A stretch of DNA of 64,000 bases from Neophaeotheca triangularis. Taxonomy: Eukaryota. The notes beneath the pieces are model-generated. The model was not told where the DNA came from. It worked only from the letters and a program-made list of their open reading frames with translations, and made no database searches. Position numbers and translations under genes: made by a program. This document shows, one piece after another, positions 46,797 through 58,081 of this stretch. The stretch is from assembly GCA_054600435.1 (NCBI GenBank), contig BAAIJX010000011.1, positions 248,001-312,000 on the forward strand. Direction: 5' to 3'. Position 1 is the stretch's first letter, and every line of letters begins with the position of its first letter.

Positions 46797-49700
46797 ATGA
46801 TGCATAGCAACAGCGCCTCTGTCTCAGCCGCCTCAACTGGTAGCGGCGGACCACCTCCGCTCAATAAACAGCAGAGCCATGCTTCGCGACCCAGTTCCAT
46901 GTCGTCTGCTTCCGTGGTGACCATTCGGCGCACTGCATCCCTCAGCTCCTCGAGTACTGGCCCTCAAAATTCGCCCGGACCACTGAGATCGCAAAGCCCC
47001 AGTGATACTTCGCTTCGACCTCTTCGGCCCGTTCGTGAACAGCATGGGATGGAATACGAGAGGAGAAACGTAGCGGGGGAGCCGCAGGATACTGTCAACG
47101 TGGAAGGATTGGGTAATCTCAACCGGTGGTCTCAGTCCACAGACTCGAGCATGGCATCCGGGCACGGGAGGAAGATGAGCAGTCCAAGTGGTGGACATGC
47201 GCTGTCGAGCATAACTACGCAGCAGCTCTCACCACCGCCAAGGATACGAACGGGCTCTGCTCGCTCGCCGGGATCAAGTCCTCAAATGGGCCCGGCCTCT
47301 GCACGATACAATCCCCAGCGGAGACCGAGCTCGCCGACCTCTAGCCCACAAAAGGAAAACAAATACCAGCGAGGGAACTGGCAGCAGGCTCCACCAACTG
47401 CTCTCCCTCCGCTTCACACTTCTCGGGCGCAAGGCGATCCTTTCGAAACTGCGTCACCATCCACAGTACAAACCAATACGCCATCTACTACAGGATTGGG
47501 CACTCCCTCGACTATTTCTTCCTATGCCAACGATTACTTTGGCGCCGAGAGTGTGTCGCCCAGGACGACGGTAAATAGCAAGAGACCGATGACCACACGC
47601 AACAACACAGCACCTTTACATACCCTGAACCATTCACGAACTCAAGGTTCCGACGCCTCGCACATCTCGTACCGCAGTTCTACGCATCTCGATGAGACAT
47701 CAAGATTCGGCACAAAAGTAGAGGACAAGAGTGAGGGAAAGAGTGAAGGCAAGAGTGGCCACGGTCGATCGCGTACAAGGGAGAAAGGTGAAAGGGACAA
47801 GAAGAGCATGCTTTCCAAAGCTTTGCAAAAGGCTAATACGGCGGTGTTGCTCGACAAGGCTCAGAATTTCGATGGAGCTCTCGAGGCGTACGGAGATGCG
47901 TGCGCGCTGCTTCAGCAAGTCATGGATCGCAGTTCAGGGGCGGACGACAAACGGAAGCTCGAAGCGATTCGCATCACGTACACGAATCGCATCGATGAGC
48001 TGAAGCAGTTGGCCGGGAGCAGGCCTACTACGTCGGATGACAAGGATTTGCCTGCAAGACCTATGAGCGATGACAGTGCGACATTCAGTCCAAGCTCTGC
48101 TAACTTTAGTCCAGTCGATGAAGGCTTCAGTCGGGAATCGGCTGCTGTCATAGAGACAGCGAGAGCTACAAAGATACTTGATATACCGCAACCAGAGCAC
48201 CTACGAGAGAAGAAGAGTGGCTCTAATCTTTCCTCGGGAACCATCGATACCGTGGAGGGTCCAGGGCAGTATGGCAAGGGCACCGGCACAGTCAGGGATG
48301 AAGCAGCGCCTCCTCCAAACTCGGCGAATGGAGGCGAAGTAAAAACTGAGTCGGCCGACCTAGGCTACCAACGTAAATCTGAAACCGATTCTCTCAGGCC
48401 GCGAGAATTAAAACTACCGCCAGCAGCAAGTCGATTCACGCCAGCTCCTCTTTCTCCGCGAAGACCGCTATCTCCCTATTTACAACCGGAAGCCGAAAAG
48501 GCTTGGCAGGAGGGCCCTGAGAAGCCGGCCCCTGGGCCTGCGCCAGGAAACACAACCCGCAGTCGAGGTAATAGTAATGCTTCGGTATCCTGGTTGGACA
48601 CTATCGATGAGTCCGCTTCTTCGTGTTCCTCTTCTGTCCATTCACGGGCGTCCGGCAGTGGCATGCGTAGGAAGCACATTCGAAACACGAGTCAGGGCAC
48701 AAATCCGGAGTTTGATGCTGCTTTCGATGCCGCCGTCGAGGCCGCTTATGATGATGGGTACGAGCCTGACTATGACGGGAGACGGAAGTGTGAGAATGTC
48801 CAGGCAACGGAAGGATCAGGAGACATACCTCAATCGAATGGAGATAGACCGAACGACTACTTTCCAGATCAAGACGACGGTGACGAGCTCGACGACGAGG
48901 AAGAAGAGAGGCTCCTCGATGAAATAACATCGGATTACGTTGGTGGCTTTTCCTTTGATCTCGGCTCCAAGTCTGCTTTACCCAGACAATCCGATTCCAG
49001 TGCCTATTCCAGAAGCACATGGCAGAGCTCTCACACGTCTGATCGGGATCGATCGACAGCTGGAACTTCCCTCTCCACCGTCGCGGAGCACGCTTTGTCA
49101 GGGCGTTTATCACAGGTACCAGAGGCTTCACCAGGCTCGGTGGACTCGTCACGAACACCGCAACCCCCGCCTCTGGCACCACCACCAATGACTGCCCTCC
49201 CCAGACCACCGAGTGGCTCCCATAGCGCAAAGGCGAGTCTTGACTCTCAGCGCATGTCTGTTAGAAGTAGACGATTATCCGGTCGAGACGCGATGCAGCT
49301 AAGGATAGAGACTTCTGCCAGTCCGGAACGTAAAAGAAAAGGAAACTCATTGCTGGGGAGTACAAAGGGCGCGTTTCCAGCTGGCCTCGAGGAAAAGACG
49401 CCCGGAGAAGAAAAGGACGCCGAGCTAGGGGCTGATTTGAAGAAGACGCAAACAGAAGTTCGGCATCAGCAAATGCTTCAATCCCCTCCCACCAAAGACC
49501 TCAGATCTGCAGTCTCGCAAGGCAGTTTGCCAAATACAGCGTCTACTTCGGCGACTACGCACCAGCGGACCAGCCTCGACGATGAGGTTCTCGGCGAGAT
49601 GCATTCTGCCAAACCGAGAATGTTTCGCAAAAACAAATCCTCGCTTAGTCTGCGTGATACTCTTGCGCACGAAGATGGCACGCCTGCTTCACACACCCCG

Positions 49701-51446
49701 ATGAGCTCTCATTTTATGTCATTCGCAAGAAAGGCTTCCAACGACCCGGGCATTGCGCAGCGTTCCAACTTTCACTTTCACTCTTCAAACGCAGATGGTC
49801 AACCATCGGGCGGGGCATACTTGTTCGATACAAGTCTTTCGTCTGCCGCTGAGCCCATGTCACCACGTTCGCCGACGTCCATCAGCCGTCCTGTCGCGCT
49901 CGAGCCGTGTCCCGAATCGTTCCTACTACGACCTTTTTGGCTTATGCGAGCCATGGGCAATACTCTGACACATCAAAAAGGTGGCTTCTTAACTAACCGG
50001 CTGTTCGTCCCGCACGAGGTATGGAAAACAAAAGGTGTCAAGCTGAAGTCCATAGAGGAGAAGATTGCCAATTGTGACCTTCTCACCGCCGCTCTCGGTC
50101 GGCTAGCAGGCGTCGACACCTTCGACGCAGACGCCGTCATGGAAGAGCTGCAAAACTTTGAAGAAGTCATGGAACGCGTACAAGCGGCCCTGGTCAAGAA
50201 GCTTGGCAGCGAAGTCGGCGTCCAGGGCATAAATGGCCTCTTCCGGGATGCCCCTGCGAATGCCGCTTCGGCTACAGCAAACACCTCCGAAGCGACTGCC
50301 GGCGGTGTAGACGGTGGCAAAGCGAGCAAAAGTAAAGAAGGCAAAAGCTACCTCGCTTCGTGGCGTAAGCTGCGCAGTAAGAGCTCTGGCACTCCGCTAG
50401 CGAGCGGCTCCGTTGGTATGAGCGCCAAAAACGCTGCGGCGGTTGGCGGCAGCGCTGTCGGTGAGAAGGAGCTCTCCAATATGCCTTCGGTCCCCATGAC
50501 GAGCTTCGTGCCGGTGCAGCGCAGAGGTCAGAGCAAGCCCGCCAAAAGTCTCGCGTTCGATGGGCCCAATAGGGAATACATGAGCTCGCTTGCGAGACTC
50601 TTCGAGGCGGCGCAGGTACTCGGTAAGTTGAACTCCTCTCCATATCTACCTCATTCGTTTCTCCCCACCCCAATCAGCTCCGTCTCCCCACTCAACAGCA
50701 GCATCGCTTGCACGTCGTGTCACGCGGAGCAAGCAGGCTTTCCCACACATGCACACGCCCTCCCCTCAAAAAAGCAATCGGCTCGGCACGGCAAAACGTG
50801 TTCGCTGCGCGAGCCCATGTCTCGCATATCCGGCTGAAATAGAGTGGGCCGCCGCGTGCGTGTCATGCGTGGCAAGCGTGGACAGGGCAACCTGGCAAGG
50901 CAAGCCGCGATCTCCCGCCGCTCGCTGCACTGTCAAAACGTCGCGTGCAGCTCGCTTAAAGCCACGAACGCCCCCCACACACTTATACACACACACACAC
51001 ACACACGCACGCAGTTGCAAGCGTGACCCTGGTCTCGCTTAACCGCTTGCCAGCTTGTCATTCACAGCGCGACTCGCGCGACTTCACCGCATCGCGTTGC
51101 TGCGCAGCGCACTGCACTGCACTGAACAGCACAACACAGCACAGCACGCAAGTCGAATACACATATCCTACCACCACACTCACCGCCACCGACCCCTCGC
51201 CCTCCCAACCCAACCCCCCAGAAAAAAAACCCCCCCACTAACCAAAAACCGGGCACAGACCAAATCGCCCGCCAAGTCGAAGACCCAGGCCTCAAGCACT
51301 CGTCACCCACGCACGTCGGTTTGGAACTGAGTATGCGGCACGCGGCGGAATTCTTCGGCTTCTACATTTGTCGCTTTGCCTTTGCCGATTTGGGCACGTT
51401 GACGGATAAGTTTGTCAAGAGGGGGTCTGAGTGGGCTTTGCTGTGA
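46797..51446 (+). CDS. MIT-domain protein with conserved fungal C-terminal domain, at least 2 exons
   Basis: MIT motif MLSKALQKANTAVLLDKAQNFDGALEAYGDACALL...YTNRIDEL, PEPCPESFLLRPFWLMR-type motif, intron 50623-51258, last exon DQIARQVEDPGLKHSSPTHVGLELS...KFVKRGSEWALL*. Confidence 0.85.
50987..51006. repeat. (AC)n microsatellite in the MIT-gene intron
   Basis: About 10 uninterrupted AC units. Confidence 0.85.
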
Positions 51447-51924
51447 GTAGTAGTTTTCTGAGGAGAGGGGAAGAAGGAAAGGGGGGTTTTTTTTAGCGAT
51501 GAGGCGTGAGATCTTCGGCGTTGGTGGGTTTTATTGTTTGTCTTTTGAGCTGTGGGGGGTCGGGTTTTGCGAATTGCAGATGAAAGAGAGAAAGAGTCGC
51601 CGGAGTGCTTGCTGCTATTCGTTAGATCGCGATGATATCCAGAGAAAGCTTTTTTTGTTAGAATTCAAAAGACTGCGTTCTTATCAATCAATCAATCAAT
51701 CAATCACAGGCAATCAATGACAGCAGACACTTGGAGGAAAATTATAGGGCAGACGTCCAGACGATGGCGCCAAGCCAGCTCCGCCGAAAGGGACACCAAA
51801 AGCTAAACACTCCCTCAACATCCATTCCCTGATACCGACCAACCAGCCAACCAGCCCACCAGCCAACCAACCAACCAACCACCACAACAACACAGACCTC
51901 CAAAAAAAAACTCACTTTACACAC

Positions 51925-52802
51925 CTACCCAACAACCTCCCCCCACCCGCCATCCCACATACCCAAAGCACTAGCAATCCTGCCGCCGGCCGTGTGCGAG
52001 CGAATTTCCGAACGCGTCGAAATGAGCCCGGCTTCCGAGTTGGCGACGCTGTAGGCGTGCACCGCCATTGCTAGGGCGTTGAGGGCGCGGTAGACGGGGA
52101 GGTTGGGTTCCGAGTGCGGGGAGCGGCCGCGGAGGAGGGCGGATTCGGCCAGGGTGAGGAGGGCGTTGGAGTACTTTTTGGGTTTTGGGGGTTAGCTTTT
52201 GTTAAGGGGGGTGGGTTGTTTTGGTTGGGGGACGGGTTGGTGGGTTTGGGGGAAGGGGATGGCTTACTTCGAAGTAGGCTTTGTCGAAGTTTGAGGAGGT
52301 GGTTGAGGAGGTTGGGGTCGAGGGGAGGAGGGTGCTGTTGTTGCTGCTGGCGGTTGTTGTGTTGCTGTATGGGCTGCTGTAGATGCTGCTGCTGTTGTAT
52401 GATTGCCTGATTGAAAGGGTGTTGGTGCTGTTGGTGCTGTTTGTGATGGGGTAGTAGGCCCCCGTGGCGTTGGCGTTGGCGTTGGGGCTGTTGAGGTTGG
52501 TTTGCTTTGAGACAGTGTTAGTGGTTGGAGAGGGAAAAGAGGGATCGTTGGGATATGTAACTCACATTGTTGAGATTGCTCGAGCTACTTCCAACTTGGT
52601 AAACGACGGCCATGATGATGTCGGAGGTGTTGAGCGTCGTTGCTTCAGGACTCAGAGCTGCATCGATGCTTTCCGCCGCGGCGTTGACGTTGGCCAGGAG
52701 GCTTTGGACGTCATCCAGCGGACTGGCGAGAGTCGGAGTGGTTAGGGAGAGGAGTAGTAGGCTTGCGGTGGTGAGGAAACGAGCGGTGTTGAGGTAGTGC
52801 AT
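51925..52802 (-). CDS. Putative secreted glycoprotein, 240 aa, 3 exons
   Basis: Signal peptide MHYLNTARFLTTASLLLLSLTTPTLA-SP. Exons 52802-52566, 52504-52268 and 52173-51925 are joined in frame by phase-0 GT-AG introns with CTAAC branch points. Confidence 0.72.
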
Positions 52803-55391
52803 CTTGTTGTTGTTCGAGGTGGAGTTGATATTGCAGGATAGATGTCGAGATGGACTGCAGGAAGGATTCGTAAAAGAGGTGATCGGAGGGACGGAAATCT
52901 GTGGTGAGTTTGGAGGGATTGTCGATGTAGAGGGCGTGGATGAAGTCCATTTTGAAGGCCGATGGTCGTTGTAACGTTTAGCAGGTCCAGAGAAGACGGG
53001 AAGGCGTGGTGTCGGATTAGTGAAGAAGGTGAGAAGGTGTAGGGAAGAAGGCGAGAAGGTGCTGCTTCAGAAGAGGGCAGCAAGTACAGTAGGTACAGTA
53101 GGTACAGTAGGTAGTACTTTAGTTGATTGATGCCTGAGGGAAGGTGAGCCTGATGGAAGGATGCCCCGTCGTTGTTGTATGTGAAACTGTAATGAAATTG
53201 GGAAGTGGCTACGAGGAGTATTGCCAACCTTTGAACGACAAGGCATGCATAGGTGGGTGAAGGGATCAGGCCTGAGTTATATGTACATTGGATGTACCCG
53301 GCGTACTCAGACCCAACAACACATTACTGTATATATCCGATATATATAGACGAAATAGACATATGCATGGATGTGTTACTGAGCCTTGCCATTTGTTTGG
53401 ACCAATCGGCGCAAGCGTCTTCGCGAACGATGATCCGCCGTGAAGAAGAATTAGGAATTACCTTAAGCATCTGGTTGGCCCTGCCCAAGGCCTCCCGTTG
53501 GTCATACTCTTAGCAGTAGTGTCCACCTTACTACCTCACTATATCCGCAACGGCTAACTTGACGTTACTGTAGGCACAGTAGGTTCTACAGTAGTGGGGA
53601 ACCAGTAGAGATCTGAGGCAGGGTCCAACATTCATTCCATTGTGCCTCGGCCTCGCTTGTCGTTTAAATCAAATCAAATCAATCGAATCGGTGAATGCAA
53701 CCAAGTGTCAACAGTCGGCTTGTAATCCACATCATCTTGATTCTGTAGCAAGCACGCCAAGCGACGAGGATGATCTGCTTGCGGGCTATAGACGAGGCGC
53801 CGATCGCTTCTAGGCCATGTACGCGGTATGGGCTGTGTGAATACGTACATAGAAGAGAGAAAAGATGAGGCTTGGAAAGGCCAGTGTGACCTCAGACCTA
53901 TCATCACCGACCGGCGCCAAATGTCGGCGACTTAGCGTACTGTAGGTAAGATATTAGTTGGTTGGCGGGGGGCGGTAGACTTGGTATGCGGGTGAACGGT
54001 AGCAGTGGGTAGCGGGTAGTGGGTAGAGGTAGCGGGAAGTAGTGGCAGTGCTCGTGGCAGTGGCAGTGGCATCGGCATGTAGTCACTTAGGGTCCATCAG
54101 ATAAACAATAATAATAATACAAGTAGTCGGGTACCACTATTGTCAAGCAGTTTAGTCTTGCTGCCTTGCATAGACGAGCCTGTGCTGTTGTCGGTAGCGA
54201 GCGCTATCGACCCTTACCATTGGCCAAGTCGTGCGTCGAAAGTGAGCTCGGGATGCTGTGGCTGTCCAGTGCCCGCCCGACGAACACTCGAAGCGACATG
54301 ACTACACTATACATACTGTAGGTACATAACTTAGTAGGGATCCATGTGTGTGTACGGGCTACGTAGGTAAGGTGGTATACTGCAAGCGATGCCGCCGATG
54401 GGTGCTCGCCGCAATGCCGTAGAACCGAGTGCTTAATAAGTAGTGTAGTATTCTTGCCATTGATGGGAGGGTCACGGTGATTGAACGCAACGTTGCCAAG
54501 CGAGCCGAACCCGTACCGCAGTGACCCTCCCTGCCTGCTAGGTACTAGTACTACCTTACCCAATCGCTGGTGCTACTCGATATGAGGCAGGGTTCACGGT
54601 TCATGAGAAGACAGTACCGGTAAAGACTAATTCCAAAAGGATAGGTAGTCTTTTGTTCTACGTTGCTTCGACAAAACGCAATGATCTGCAAGTAGCTAGC
54701 TGCAACGTCTGCTAAGCGAGCTCGCTTAGAAGACTGCGTAGAAGTGAGGTAGGTACATAGTAGGTAGGTAGTAGTTTGTTGGTTTTCTTGTTTCCGATCC
54801 GATCCTCCGCACTCGCTACAGTACTCGAGAAATATACACATTTTACAATTATATCATGTGTCACAGGCAATCTCGTTGCCGAGCGAGCCTAGCGCGTAGG
54901 ATGGTAGCGAAGAGTGCACATGCAACACGTAAGCGACGAGGGCTAGTTATAAGAGCGAGCTCGTTTGTCGGAAAGAAACCGTCGTTTAGAGTTCCCACTC
55001 ATGGCAAGCAACTCCTAGCGAGTGTCGAGTTCTGTCACGTCTCGACGACTCACGTGGTCTAGAGCATGTAGACAGTAAGTACCCCACGATCAAAAATCTT
55101 TTCATATCGTCTCGAAGCCGTCGCTACAGCGGTTCATCCCCCGAAGACGGTTGAGGGGAAGAGGGTATGAAGATGCAGTCAGTAGTAGTATGTACTAGTA
55201 GGTACTTGTAGGTAGGTAGGGTAGTATCATGACTGATTACTCATTATCTTCACACTAAGTAAGGTTCTCTCTCCTCTGTTCGTACCGACCAAGAAGAAAA
55301 AAGTTCCCCAAACAAGATGATAAGGAGAGGCCGGGACAAATAAAGTCTCGCTAAGAACGTTCAGTCGCGCATGTTTGAATTCGACTCCATC

Positions 55392-55393
55392 TA

Positions 55394-55418
<25 letters not shown>
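55392..55418. repeat. (TAG)9 microsatellite
   Basis: Read directly. Confidence 0.9.
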
Positions 55419-55429
<11 letters not shown>

Positions 55430-56008
55430 CTGTCGCGTTGTTGTTTCTGTTGTCGTTGACATCTAAACGATCCGAATTTTGATCATGATAACCAGCTTGG
55501 AGTGCCCAGTGGATGTGTCTAGGTGTGGCTTTCTTGACTCGACTCGACTTTCGGAAGGCGCCACTTCCGAGTCCAGCCAGGTACCGGGTACCACACAATG
55601 ACGGCCACTACTACCTACTACTCCACCACGGGCCTACCCTACCTAAGGTACATGGTAGATATGTATGCATCGACGAAGAATACACACGTTTTCCATCTTT
55701 TGGAAATCATCTTGAACTTGGTTTGATCGATCCGCCTTGACCGAGTCGTGATTGCTCTTGTTTCAGATCGACCTTCACCTCAATCTGGAACGCACGGCAT
55801 CTCGCCTCCATTTCGCCACAAATCCATCGTTACATTGTTGAAAAAACACTCTGTGCCCTTGTGATTGGAACCTGACCTCGTCTTGGACCCTTCATTATCC
55901 ATGTCAAGAACTCAACACAAACAGATTGAATAGAGACAGACGTCCTCAAGTCTACTGGTAACACGTCCAGGAACTCCACGGGCTCCCAAACACTCACCCA
56001 ACCCAGCA

Positions 56009-57901
56009 ATGTTCTCCCACGTGACATTGGCCATAGCCGGCCTCACCATAACCTACGGCCTCCTCACCTACCGAGCCTTCCAACGCAACCTCGCCGAAGC
56101 CAAAAAGTCCGGCGTGCCCTACATCTGCATGCCCTTTTACAACTTCAACCCCTTCTGGCTCGTTACCCACCGACTATGGCTACCAATCCTCAGCAAACTG
56201 CCGGCGAGCTGGATCCAGCCCTGGATCAACTACACCGAACCCGACTGGCTCTGGCTGGACCAGTACAAAACTTTTGCAGACCACGACTCGGATCTGGTAA
56301 TGCTCGTGTCACCCGGGAAAAACACCCTCTACGTCGCGGATCCGCAAGCGTGCTCGCAAATCACCACCCGCAGGAACGATTTCCCGAAACCCATTGAGAT
56401 GTACAAGTCTGTCGATTTGTTTGGCAAAAATGTCGTTTCCACTGAGGGTTCCGTTTGGCGGCACCATCGGAAAATCACTAGCCCGCCTTTTACGGAGAAG
56501 AGCAATCAGGTGGTGTGGCGGGAGTCGCTGCACCAGGCGCAGGTTATGGTTGAGGGCTGGATGCCCAAGGGCGTGGCAGACAGTGGTCCGGTCTGGGATG
56601 TGGCTTCGCAAGCTATGCGCTTGAGTCTGCATGTCATCAGCCGGGCTGGTTTTGGGGTTAGGTTGACGTGGCCGCATGAAGTCGATTCCGATCAGAAGGT
56701 TCCCGAGGGCCATACGCTGACTTACAAGGACGCGTTGAGCTTGCTGCTCGAGAACATTATTGTCGTCATGTTGACGCCGCACTGGCTGTTGAAGCGTTCG
56801 CCGCTCAAATTCCACCAAGTCGCGTGGGAGTCGTTTGTGGAGTGGGGCAAGTACATGCAGGAAATGTACCGGGACAAGCGCGAGGAGGTCAGGAAGGGTG
56901 AGTCCCGCGAGGGGCTTGATCTCATGGGCGCGTTGGTCAAGGGCGCGGGCATCACGAGCGAGACTCTAAACTCCAGCGACGGAACCGATGCCGAAAAGGG
57001 CAACGGCCAGCTCCTCACCGACGACGAGATCTTGGGCAACGCTTTCGTCTTCATCCTCGCCGGCCACGAAACAGCAGCCAACACGATCCACTTCTCCCTG
57101 CTCTTCCTCGCCATGCACTGGAGCTCGCAAGAGCACCTACAAAACGACCTCGACGCCATCCTCGGCGACAAACCCGTCTCCGACTGGGACTACGACGAAG
57201 ACGTCCCCAAGCTCTTCGGCAGCATGTGCGGCGCCGTCATGAACGAAGAACTCCGCCTCATCCCCCCGGTCATCGGGATCCCGAAATCCACTCCCCCGGG
57301 CCGCCCACAAGGCTTGCAATCCCAAAACAAACAAGTCACCATCCCCGGCGGCTGCTTCATCTACCTCGCAAGCGCCGCGCTACACCGCAACCCCAAATTC
57401 TGGCCGCACACTGACGAGCGCGACTTGCGAGCTTTCCGGCCCGAGCGCTGGCTCCTCGACACCACCTCCTCGTCCGGCTCCAAACCCACCGACTCTGACA
57501 ACGCCTACGCCGAGGAAGAAGGCCTCGACTTCGACGGCCCGGACAAGCGCGCCGACACTGCCGCCTCCCTCTTCCGGCCGGAAAAGGGCTCGTACGTCCC
57601 CTTCAGCGAAGGCTACCGCTCCTGCCTGGGCCGGCGGTTCGCGCAGGTGGAGATTCTGGCCGTGTTGGCCGTCATCTTTAAGCGGTACTCGGTGGAGCTG
57701 GACGTGCGGGCTTTTATGACGGATGAGGAGCTCGAGGTTGCCGATGAGGGGGCCAAGCGGGTCGTGTGGGAGAAGGCGAGGGCGAGGGCGACTGAGTTGT
57801 TGAGGGATGGGATGATGACTGTTATTACCATTCAGATGAGGAAGGGCAAGGTGCCTTTGAGGTTTGTGAAGAGGGGGGAGGAGAGGTTTAAGTTTGGGTG
57901 A
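56009..57901 (+). CDS. Cytochrome P450 monooxygenase, intronless
   Basis: N-terminal TM anchor, WRHHRK, I-helix AGHETAA, K-helix EELR, PERW, heme motif FSEGYRSCLG. Confidence 0.95.
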   Translation: MFSHVTLAIAGLTITYGLLTYRAFQRNLAEAKKSGVPYICMPFYNFNPFWLVTHRLWLPILSKLPASWIQPWINYTEPDWLWLDQYKTFADHDSDLVMLVSPGKNTLYVADPQACSQITTRRNDFPKPIEMYKSVDLFGKNVVSTEGSVWRHHRKITSPPFTEKSNQVVWRESLHQAQVMVEGWMPKGVADSGPVWDVASQAMRLSLHVISRAGFGVRLTWPHEVDSDQKVPEGHTLTYKDALSLLLENIIVVMLTPHWLLKRSPLKFHQVAWESFVEWGKYMQEMYRDKREEVRKGESREGLDLMGALVKGAGITSETLNSSDGTDAEKGNGQLLTDDEILGNAFVFILAGHETAANTIHFSLLFLAMHWSSQEHLQNDLDAILGDKPVSDWDYDEDVPKLFGSMCGAVMNEELRLIPPVIGIPKSTPPGRPQGLQSQNKQVTIPGGCFIYLASAALHRNPKFWPHTDERDLRAFRPERWLLDTTSSSGSKPTDSDNAYAEEEGLDFDGPDKRADTAASLFRPEKGSYVPFSEGYRSCLGRRFAQVEILAVLAVIFKRYSVELDVRAFMTDEELEVADEGAKRVVWEKARARATELLRDGMMTVITIQMRKGKVPLRFVKRGEERFKFG

Positions 57902-58081
57902 GTTGAGGGGGTGGTGGTGGTGGTGGATTTTTGGGCTTTGGTCTGTAGCGCGGGGAGAGGATGGAACAAGGCTCTTTTCTTTTTTTCTTCTTTTTTCCTT
58001 TTCTTCTTTCTTTTTTGTAAGGCATGGGAGGAGCACGGGCTGTGTGACGATCACGATGATGCATGAAGGTTTTTCTCGTTC

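Noticed and set aside
55470..55500. TTGATCATGATAACCAGC resembling the 3' half of a fungal TPP riboswitch
   Set aside because: The CTGAGA motif and P1-P3 stems are missing, and the adjacent gene is not thiamine-related.
56009..57901. P450 as part of a secondary-metabolite cluster
   Set aside because: No PKS, NRPS, terpene synthase, transporter or cluster regulator nearby.
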